Part shown: one piece after another, positions 27,389 to 34,399 of the stretch | Numbering within the stretch: position 1 is the first letter of the stretch | How the letters are laid out: every line of letters starts with the position of its first letter | IMG/VR virus record: IMGVR_UViG_3300044580_000187 | Location: 1 to 34,987 of that record | Length of the DNA stretch: 34,987 bases | Strand: one strand, 5' to 3' | Origin: a virus | Lineage: Duplodnaviria > Caudoviricetes | Made by a program: the position numbers and the translations under genes | The notes under the pieces: generated by a model | What the model saw: only the letters and a program-made list of their open reading frames with translations | Told to the model about the DNA's origin: nothing | The model's database searches: none

Positions 27389-27541
27389 CTATTTATCTGC
27401 TCCGTCAGGTTTATTTTGTGCCGCATATTGGGTAACACTGGCAATAACATGATTATTCACCTTCAGGGTGACCTCACCGCTGCCAGTCATTACAACCTCT
27501 ATCGCTTTTCTCCTCACCGTCCCCAACCACTCATCCACCAT
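27389..27541 (-). CDS. 50-aa DUF2292/YezD-like protein (not in the ORF track; start uncertain)
   Basis: MVDEWLGTVRRKAIEVVMTGSGEVTLKVNNHVIASV...; G-x-V-x-L-x-V pattern resembles DUF2292. Confidence 0.5.
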   Translation of the reverse strand: MVDEWLGTVRRKAIEVVMTGSGEVTLKVNNHVIASVTQYAAQNKPDGADK

Positions 27542-27637
27542 CTTTGCGGCTGTGAGTTTATCGATATCACTTACCTCGTATAATAACGCTTAATATCGCA
27601 TATGTAAATGGTTTTTTGAATATGATAGAATACTGGT

Positions 27638-28219
27638 ATGGATATAAACTCATGGTTAACTCTTGCTGCCGTTTTAGTCGCTTTAGGACTAGGAGTTTGG
27701 GCTAATATACAAACCCAGCGAATCAAGGCTGAAGAAAATAGACGTGAAAAACGTGAAAGAAAAGAATTGTTACTCAATGAAATGAAGGATTGGACTGATA
27801 AGTTGACACGAAAATGCGCTTCTATTAACTCGGTATTTTTTTCTGACGATTTTAGTGACAACGATGTTACAGAAAAACTTTTTAATGCGTATATGACACA
27901 TGGTACTGAATTTGATTTGGAAGACGTAAATTTAGTATATTTTAAGACCATTGCATCAATATTTTCATCGACATTACAAGGGTCAATTAACCAGATTGAG
28001 AGCAAGTTAAATACACTAAAATTAAAAATTGTTAATGATGCCCAATTAGTACAAGAATGGCATGATAAAATCGAAAATAACAAGAATAGACAAGATACTG
28101 AAACAATTACAAAAAATCTAACCGCTGTATACGGCATTATTAGAGAGTTTCGGCACCAAATTAAAGACTTAGATTCTGAAATTGCCAAAGCCAAGCTCGC
28201 CCTCCTCAAAGAAAAATAA
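27638..28219 (+). CDS. AT-rich moron: membrane-anchored helical protein
   Basis: N-terminal TM; opposite strand; own extended -10 (TGaTAGAAT, 27623-27631) 6 nt before the ATG. Confidence 0.8.
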   Translation: MDINSWLTLAAVLVALGLGVWANIQTQRIKAEENRREKRERKELLLNEMKDWTDKLTRKCASINSVFFSDDFSDNDVTEKLFNAYMTHGTEFDLEDVNLVYFKTIASIFSSTLQGSINQIESKLNTLKLKIVNDAQLVQEWHDKIENNKNRQDTETITKNLTAVYGIIREFRHQIKDLDSEIAKAKLALLKEK

Positions 28220-28223
28220 ACCA

Positions 28224-28559
28224 CTAAAACGGTATGGGACCGTCTTCCAGCCCTTCGTCAATGTCAAGCCCATCTGGGCTCTTCGCAGTGGTAGCTGCTA
28301 CCAGTTGTTTAAACTCCCAGCGGCTGATTGGCTCCGGCTGGTAACCCAGAGACATTGTCCTGGCTATATCCTCCGTCGTCGGCGTGATACAGTATATTGA
28401 TCCAGGAGAATAAAACTGCGTCGACATGCTGCCGTCTCTCATCGGCATGTCAATCCGGATGAAAGCCCCGCCGCCAATCGCGGCCTCACTAACCTTACCG
28501 GCCAGTCTTCGATGTCCCATGAGTTCCAGTATTGCCCACTCTTCGAATTTGTTTTCCAA
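28224..28559 (-). CDS. phage hypothetical protein with SSB-like acidic IPF tail
   Basis: GGAGG RBS + TTG; EWAILELMGHRRLAG...TQFYSPGSIYCITP...DEGLEDGPIPF. Confidence 0.75.
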   Translation of the reverse strand: MENKFEEWAILELMGHRRLAGKVSEAAIGGGAFIRIDMPMRDGSMSTQFYSPGSIYCITPTTEDIARTMSLGYQPEPISRWEFKQLVAATTAKSPDGLDIDEGLEDGPIPF

Positions 28560-28564
28560 AGTAA

Positions 28565-28906
28565 CTAACCTCCTACCTTTTCTTTTGACGAAACCCCTTT
28601 GACAACATTCTCGAGCAAATGACCGTCTCGAATATCTTTTTCGCAATCATCAAATGCCGCATAAAATCTCATACAAATAGACGCAATGGTTATCAGTCTG
28701 TATTTAGCCTCTTTTTGCCATTGATCCTCAACATCTTTATCCAGAACGATGGCCAGCTTATTACAACAGCGGTTTAGTTTGCCGACTTCCTCTGTCAGTA
28801 CCTGGTTCCAGACAGCATGACTGACTCGCTTGTCTTCCATGTTTCGGTGCCATCTTTGTTGGGATGCAATAGTATGTGCCATTAGTTTTTTAATGAATTC
28901 GTTCAT
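28565..28906 (-). CDS. MazG-like all-alpha NTP pyrophosphohydrolase homolog (degenerate)
   Basis: W..VLTEEVGKL...LITIASIC helical pattern; some acidic metal ligands appear to be missing. Confidence 0.45.
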   Translation of the reverse strand: MNEFIKKLMAHTIASQQRWHRNMEDKRVSHAVWNQVLTEEVGKLNRCCNKLAIVLDKDVEDQWQKEAKYRLITIASICMRFYAAFDDCEKDIRDGHLLENVVKGVSSKEKVGG

Positions 28907-29422
28907 CTACCTAATCTCCCTCTCCTCCGGCTTCTTGTACTTGATCCCCAGGGCCTCGAAGATCGACTCCTCTGTATCGCCGGCCACTCGCAACTCCCAA
29001 TGTGGTGCATGCTCTGCCATTCCTCTATCGCACGATGATAGAATTCTGAACAACCCACTGCCGTCCGCGTGCAGCTTCATCCCCTTTGACTTGGCTAGCT
29101 CGCACATCCAGATGTTATGAGCTGCGCTGCCGGTCCGGATCAGCAGCAGCGTCGCCCAGGTCTCCGGGGTGGCCACGTAAATATCCAAAGCCAGCGGGCG
29201 ATAATTTACCCGGATCAGTTTCTGCCCGCCGACCTTGAAGGGGCCCAGGGCGCGCAGAGCGGTGATGAACTGGCCCTGGTTGGCCGGGATGACGACCAGA
29301 TCGATATCATGGGTGAAAGGGCGACGGCGCCGGATACTCCCGGCTATTTCGATCCGGCTGCAGTAAGGCGCCAGAATATCTTTAACTTTATTAGCTACAG
29401 GTAATGCGTATTCGTAATCCAT
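28907..29422 (-). CDS. minimal DNA polymerase X-family nucleotidyltransferase
   Basis: IAGSIRR, HDIDLV (DxD), LDIY (third Asp), LLIRTGSAAHN, A...G.KL...GL, TEESIF..LG..Y..PEER. Confidence 0.9.
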   Translation of the reverse strand: MDYEYALPVANKVKDILAPYCSRIEIAGSIRRRRPFTHDIDLVVIPANQGQFITALRALGPFKVGGQKLIRVNYRPLALDIYVATPETWATLLLIRTGSAAHNIWMCELAKSKGMKLHADGSGLFRILSSCDRGMAEHAPHWELRVAGDTEESIFEALGIKYKKPEEREIR

Positions 29423-29491
29423 CAGTATTCACTCCTTATTTGGTTAGTATTCAGTGGTATAATCATCGCATAGGTTGAAAGGAGGTTAAAT

Positions 29492-29665
29492 ATGTCCGAC
29501 AAAGCTCCTTCTTGGGATAAAATAATAATTATCGTTCTAGGTATATTTGTTCTCCTTAAACTAATGTCCTTAGAAGAATATATTTATACCGCTGGTCAAA
29601 TAATCGCTGGAGCTGCTATTATTTATGCGATCGTTGAGTTGTTTCGGAAAAGAAAGTCTCACTAA
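29492..29665 (+). CDS. 57-aa two-TM membrane moron (not in the ORF track)
   Basis: TGgTATAAT promoter (29455-29463), AAAGGAGG RBS; MSDKAPSWDKIIIIVLGIFVLLKL...IIAGAAIIYAIVELFRKRKSH. Confidence 0.75.
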   Translation: MSDKAPSWDKIIIIVLGIFVLLKLMSLEEYIYTAGQIIAGAAIIYAIVELFRKRKSH

Positions 29666-29672
29666 TTACACC

Positions 29673-30050
29673 TTATTTTTGACTATATTTGTTATTCTTC
29701 CATCTCTCCGGCCCCTGATAAGGATCAGGAGAACCCAAGACGTTAATAACCAGCTGCATCTGGTTAGGCCGGATCAGAAATACCTCGTTGTGCGGATTGT
29801 CTGACAGGGCGTCAAGCCACTCGATCTGCTTAGGCTTCAACTTGCCCTTCATGGTCTTCAACTCAATAAAGACAGTCCGCTCTCCGCGGGTGGCCGTTTC
29901 GTCCGGGTAGCCGTCCACTGAGTACATGCTGATAAAGGTGTGATAGTGCATCCAGCCAAACTGCTCCATAACCGCCTCAACGTTGTGTTTCAGTTCCTTC
30001 TCTGTCATGGAGTTGTCGAGTATCTGCCTTGCTGTTAATTGTTGTGCCAT
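29673..30050 (-). CDS. VRR-NUC domain nuclease (resolvase-like)
   Basis: MTEKEL, GYPD, FIELKTMKGKLKPKQIEWL (PD-(D/E)xK). Confidence 0.9.
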   Translation of the reverse strand: MAQQLTARQILDNSMTEKELKHNVEAVMEQFGWMHYHTFISMYSVDGYPDETATRGERTVFIELKTMKGKLKPKQIEWLDALSDNPHNEVFLIRPNQMQLVINVLGSPDPYQGPERWKNNKYSQK

Positions 30051-30056
30051 GCTACA

Positions 30057-30482
30057 TTACCCCTGCGTTAAAAATAAACCCTGCTTCTCCTGGAACAACT
30101 GAAAGATAGTGCCGTTTGGGGTTTGAATATAAGGCAGAAATACCTGCTCTAATTTAGCTTGCTCAGTCTCCAAGATTGCCATTTGAGCCTCTACCCAATC
30201 TTTGATAATTCGCCAGGCTACACGGGTCGCTTGTTCACGATTTAACAGACCAGGTCTGGCTCGTTGTTCTTTCATGACTCTGAGCACTGCTTCAGTATCA
30301 ACAGGCAAGCGCACGGGCAATAGAACGTGCTTAGACTTAATCAAAAAGCATAAGGCTATAGGATTCCCATCCTGATAATCTTTTGTGATTGATTGCGCTC
30401 CGTGAGCCACCAACACTTTTTCGATATCTATAATCGTTTTTCCTATATCAACCGTAGTAGTGTAATTTAATATCGGACTCAT
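30057..30482 (-). CDS. conserved phage hypothetical protein
   Basis: QATRVAWRIIKDWVEAQMA...QVFLPY, a motif I recognise from phage replication modules. Confidence 0.75.
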   Translation of the reverse strand: MSPILNYTTTVDIGKTIIDIEKVLVAHGAQSITKDYQDGNPIALCFLIKSKHVLLPVRLPVDTEAVLRVMKEQRARPGLLNREQATRVAWRIIKDWVEAQMAILETEQAKLEQVFLPYIQTPNGTIFQLFQEKQGLFLTQG

Positions 30483-30514
30483 TTCGTTTCGGCCCCTTTT
30501 TTGTAAGTGTCAAA

Positions 30515-31330
30515 TTATCGTTGAACCATGTGCCCGTATTTACCCTTGATGAACTTGTCAGGGTCAATTTGGTTATTTTTCCCCGGAGCGGCCCTGCTGC
30601 CGTTGCCTTTATTCTTCAAAACACCTAAAAAATAGGCCATGGAATGTTTATTTTGCATCGCGCAGACCTTAATAGCATCCAAAATCGTCTGCTTTGAATG
30701 ATTTTCCATCACATCATTAAGCTCAACGATCACCCCTTCGGTTAATTTACAAACGTTTTCCTCGAATGTCCGCGTTATTTCAGCAATTTCATCGGCGGTA
30801 AGGTTAATTGGAAAAGAACTACCACTACAACTTTCCTCGTTTCCGTTGTCGTTTTCGTTCTCGTTCTCGTTTACCGTATTCGTATTCGTTCTCGTATTCG
30901 TTCTCGTATTCGAATACGGGGGCATTTGTCCGCCGATGTCCGCACTTGACGACACTTGCGGGCATTTGTCCGCAGATGCAGGCAAAGGATAAACAATGTC
31001 TACAGGTTCCGGGTATTTGCTCTTATCTGCCCGCACTCTCTGGTACTGGCGCCATGTGAGAACTTCGAGATATTCCTTGCCGGAAGCTACGTAAATCCGA
31101 ATCAGCCCATGATCCGCGATAGCGTTGCGCCAGCTCAGGATTTGTTCAACAGTTATCGAATCCGTCCTGAGTGGAAATAACGCCGATCTGAGCAGTGCCG
31201 GCTTGGCATCGAAGCGCCCAAAATCGTCGCAGTGCACCAGCAGCCGGTAAAAAAACACTTCTTGCTCGGGCGATAACTCATTTATTGTTTCCGATTTGGA
31301 TATCGACTCTTTTAAAATTCGGTCTGGCAT
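30515..31330 (-). CDS. replication initiator (N-terminal wHTH, DnaD-like C-terminus)
   Basis: MPDRILKESI...RLLVHCDDFGR...W..YQ; low-complexity linker; AIK......MAYFLGVLKN. Confidence 0.85.
   Translation of the reverse strand: MPDRILKESISKSETINELSPEQEVFFYRLLVHCDDFGRFDAKPALLRSALFPLRTDSITVEQILSWRNAIADHGLIRIYVASGKEYLEVLTWRQYQRVRADKSKYPEPVDIVYPLPASADKCPQVSSSADIGGQMPPYSNTRTNTRTNTNTVNENENENDNGNEESCSGSSFPINLTADEIAEITRTFEENVCKLTEGVIVELNDVMENHSKQTILDAIKVCAMQNKHSMAYFLGVLKNKGNGSRAAPGKNNQIDPDKFIKGKYGHMVQR
30836..30978. repeat. iteron-like repeats within the initiator gene; candidate origin
   Basis: gggcatttgtccgc(c/a)gatg at 30920 and 30960, extra tgtccgc copy, palindrome cgtattcgaatacg (30905-30918), run of nncgt(a/t) hexamers. 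Confidence 0.65.
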
Positions 31331-31379
31331 TGTCTACCCCTTACTAAATATGTTGTATAGTATTAACCACTGGACAATC

Positions 31380-32708
31380 TCATCTCATCCCCAGCGGTAT
31401 TGCCAACTTTGTAATACGATTAACAGCCATCTGGCAGTATTCTTCAGATATATCAATCAAGATAGATTTACGTCCTAATCGGCGTGCTTCCTCAGCTACT
31501 GTGCCAGAACCACCGAATATGTCCATAACTACACCCGGTGTTACCCCACCCGTGCATCCGCAATCTGAGGAACCAACTTCTTGTTTACTATTGGTATATT
31601 CCTGACCGTTCGCTCTGGATGCCTGCCTGAGTAACGCTAACCTTTTTGAGTTTTCCACTTTGCCGCCGTGGGTTTCACTCTTATGACTAATAAAACCTTT
31701 TTTATATAGTTTCATACGCGGCTGATTACAGGTCGTACAAATAAATTCAGGACAACCAGCCAGGATGGGAATAGTGCAGAGCTTATTCGGGAATGTGGCA
31801 AAGTGAGCTTCTTTGTAACCTTTTGTATTAATCCGCCAGACCGACCGTTTATTGCGGCCAAGGGGTAGTTTAATATCAGGAGCTTTCCAGTTATAAAAAC
31901 TTCCTCTGGTTATCTGATATTGCAAATCCCCTTGTCCATTCCCTCTTGAATGGGCGTTTCCAGTTTGTTTTTCGAATTGCTGCTCAAAGAAATACATCTT
32001 TGACTGACTGAACATAAATAAGTATTCAAAGTCGTTGGTGAAACGATCCCTGACTGATTCCGGCATGGCGTTGCCTTTATGCCAGATGATCACATGCCGG
32101 CATATCCAGCCCCGATTGATCATCTCTATTTGAAAGCGGGCAGGGATAGCAATGAGCGACTTAAATAAAACACTTTTTACCGAGTAATCTGCTTTCAATC
32201 CTTGTCTACTGCCGGCGTTGTTTTTGTTCGTGGCCTTCTTGTCGCCAAAACCTTTTCCGGATCCTGCATAACTATCATCTATGTTTACCCACAGCGTTCC
32301 AGTCTTTTTCAGTACCGTGCGGCAGGCATCAAAGATATCGCACAAATGCTTGATGTATAGTTCCGGTGTGGGTTCCAGTCCGAGTTGTCCGCGCCAGGCC
32401 CCGCATTTCGGACATAATCCTGACATTTGATTAAGTTTGGTTGCGGTGTTATTTTGCCCTGTGCATCCACCCTCTAAACTCATCCGCACATTAGAGCCTG
32501 AAGTTTTTGATTTAGTCACTTCGCAAAACTCATGCTCGCACCCATTGTCATTGTCAAAAATCAAGTCCGGAGCTTTGTATTTTCTAAGTCCGAAATACGG
32601 TGGGCTGGTTATAATCATGTCAACTGAGTGCTCCGGCATCTCAGCCATGACCTCCTTGGCATCGCCGTTGTAAATTGTGCATTGGGGGTCTTGATAATAT
32701 AGACTCAT
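31380..32708 (-). CDS. orphan N4-C/N6-A DNA methyltransferase (beta class) with Cys-rich inserts
   Basis: ITSPPY before DIFGGSGT; IIWHK.N.MPESVRDR, RNKRSVW, AHFATFP. Confidence 0.95.
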   Translation of the reverse strand: MSLYYQDPQCTIYNGDAKEVMAEMPEHSVDMIITSPPYFGLRKYKAPDLIFDNDNGCEHEFCEVTKSKTSGSNVRMSLEGGCTGQNNTATKLNQMSGLCPKCGAWRGQLGLEPTPELYIKHLCDIFDACRTVLKKTGTLWVNIDDSYAGSGKGFGDKKATNKNNAGSRQGLKADYSVKSVLFKSLIAIPARFQIEMINRGWICRHVIIWHKGNAMPESVRDRFTNDFEYLFMFSQSKMYFFEQQFEKQTGNAHSRGNGQGDLQYQITRGSFYNWKAPDIKLPLGRNKRSVWRINTKGYKEAHFATFPNKLCTIPILAGCPEFICTTCNQPRMKLYKKGFISHKSETHGGKVENSKRLALLRQASRANGQEYTNSKQEVGSSDCGCTGGVTPGVVMDIFGGSGTVAEEARRLGRKSILIDISEEYCQMAVNRITKLAIPLGMR

Positions 32709-32721
32709 CCCAGCACCGCCT
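32705..32721. repeat. 17-bp direct repeat, copy 1
   Basis: tcatcccagcaccgcct, identical to 33148-33164. Confidence 0.9.
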
Positions 32722-33151
32722 GTTTTTCCAAAATAACTAATCCACCTTTACTAATCCCACATTTCCTCCAACCGGCCTTTTGAAAACAATATCCAGGATT
32801 TGTTGAAATAATTTTGCGCGGGTTTACATATGTATAAAGTCGTTCACCCGGCCATCGTCGCCAAGCTTCATCTTCGGCAAGAAGAATTAATGAGCTAGAA
32901 AGATAGGTGGATTCATTTCTAAACACCGCACAATTAATCCCTTTCTGACCAGAAGCATCAATAAATTTCCTCCACACGAACAAAGCCTCACAGGTGTCAA
33001 TTAGAAGAACCATTTTCTGTCCTGGACCTACAAAGCACGCAGGCTTTCTGCCATCTACATAATGCCGCCTGCTATAATGTCGTGAAAATAGACCACGTGC
33101 CCTATCATCACCATCTTTAACGTGTAGCCATAATTGTTCGGTTAAAATCAT
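32705..33151 (-). CDS. Mom/XF1762-like GNAT-fold DNA-modification protein
   Basis: RHYS, LYTYV......NPGYCFQKAGW..CG; lies among MTase genes. Confidence 0.6.
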   Translation of the reverse strand: MILTEQLWLHVKDGDDRARGLFSRHYSRRHYVDGRKPACFVGPGQKMVLLIDTCEALFVWRKFIDASGQKGINCAVFRNESTYLSSSLILLAEDEAWRRWPGERLYTYVNPRKIISTNPGYCFQKAGWRKCGISKGGLVILEKQAVLG

Positions 33152-33164
33152 CCCAGCACCGCCT
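33148..33164. repeat. 17-bp direct repeat, copy 2
   Basis: tcatcccagcaccgcct, identical to 32705-32721. Confidence 0.9.
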
Positions 33165-33264
33165 TAACTAACGCTTTGGCTTGCAAAGGGCACACAGCAT
33201 TCCCAATTTCCTTGACTACCTCGTACTTGTGATTATGTTTCAGTATTATCGCTGCTGTGACCAT
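33148..33264 (-). pseudogene. 38-aa relic of a C5-cytosine methyltransferase (internal deletion)
   Basis: GGGAGGGG RBS; MVTAA...EVVKEIGNAVCPLQAKALVKAVLG retains motif X (IGNAVxP). Confidence 0.75.
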
Positions 33265-33276
33265 AATCCCCCTCCC

Positions 33277-34248
33277 TTAAAACGCCATTACGGCTTGAGC
33301 CAAATTCTGTTTCGATTGCCTTTGAGTTGGCGGTGAGTATTTAGACATCAAGTTAATCACCCTGTAAACCTCACTCTCAACTGGTCCTGCCATCATCATC
33401 CAAATCTGGCGACCCTTCCGTACATCACCCAGACCCCGGTCGTAAACCTCTGTGCCAATAAGTTTACCCAACCCCGTTGGGCAGTTCTCTGAGCGAGCCA
33501 GGTAGCCTACAGTGACGTCAATAAACTCTGTGCGGTTGTAGGCTGGAAAGTATAATTGGATAAAGCGTGACCACAGCTCAGGAGTAAGCTTCTTTTCGTC
33601 ATTGGCGGCGGCCATTACAACAGTTTTCAGGATTACACCGCGAGTTTTTCGGGTTTTAGTTTCGATGACTTCTCCGGACTGCATGAGACCCAGCAGGACA
33701 GAAAATTCGTTTTTCCCGACCTTATCGATTTCGTCCAGCAGATAATAAGACGGCTTCTGTTCAAAGAGCTGATCGGCAATAGCTGGAGCCGAAGTCCTGG
33801 AACCGAAAGCCAACACGCTGTTTGGGATGATACCTCTGACGGACTCCAGGATGACAGACTTGGCCGATGCCGGTGGTCCATAGAATAAAAGGTGTGCTTG
33901 CTTCTTTGCCTCAATGTTCATGGCGATCTGCTCTTTTATATCCTTATAGCCAACCACCATATCCATAGCGTTAATCACTTCGTTAGCTGATATTTGAAAG
34001 GCCTCATTTTCCTCTGAGTAACCTTTAAGGACGTTAATGCCTTTAGATGTCAGTTTGTATAGGTTAAAACTATCCTGTCCTCTTTTTACGTGCTGGCACC
34101 TGCAAATTAACTGAGCGTCCTGAAGGTGGATAATATCTGATCGAGTCGCTCCCACACGGTGAGATTCCCAAGAACCAAAGAGTTTACCGCTCTGATTGGG
34201 ATCCTCGATTTTGTATGCGGCTTTAAGTATTTCGATTTCAGTTGCCAT
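33277..34248 (-). CDS. AAA+ ATPase with MCM-like core and N-terminal winged helix
   Basis: GPPASAKS, GSRTSAPAI, LLDEIDK, LLGLMQSG, VMAAAN, LWSRF; N-terminal YKLTSKG; likely start MATEI after GAGGG. Confidence 0.85.
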   Translation of the reverse strand: MATEIEILKAAYKIEDPNQSGKLFGSWESHRVGATRSDIIHLQDAQLICRCQHVKRGQDSFNLYKLTSKGINVLKGYSEENEAFQISANEVINAMDMVVGYKDIKEQIAMNIEAKKQAHLLFYGPPASAKSVILESVRGIIPNSVLAFGSRTSAPAIADQLFEQKPSYYLLDEIDKVGKNEFSVLLGLMQSGEVIETKTRKTRGVILKTVVMAAANDEKKLTPELWSRFIQLYFPAYNRTEFIDVTVGYLARSENCPTGLGKLIGTEVYDRGLGDVRKGRQIWMMMAGPVESEVYRVINLMSKYSPPTQRQSKQNLAQAVMAF

Positions 34249-34399
34249 ATGTCCCTCTAAAACAAAGAGGGGCTGTAGCCGGTCTTTCACGGCTCAACCC
34301 CACCCACTATTTAATTCGTTTAATCCCCAGCTTCTTCTCTTCTTTCTTTTCGTGTCTGGAGATTGCTTTCTCTATCGGTGTTTCGATCTTCATAATTTT

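Noticed and set aside
27571-28224. 217-aa minus-strand ORF
   Set aside because: Antisense shadow of the plus-strand moron, which has a promoter and a TM domain
31380-32708. Restriction-modification system
   Set aside because: No cognate endonuclease adjacent; VRR-NUC is better explained as a replication/recombination nuclease
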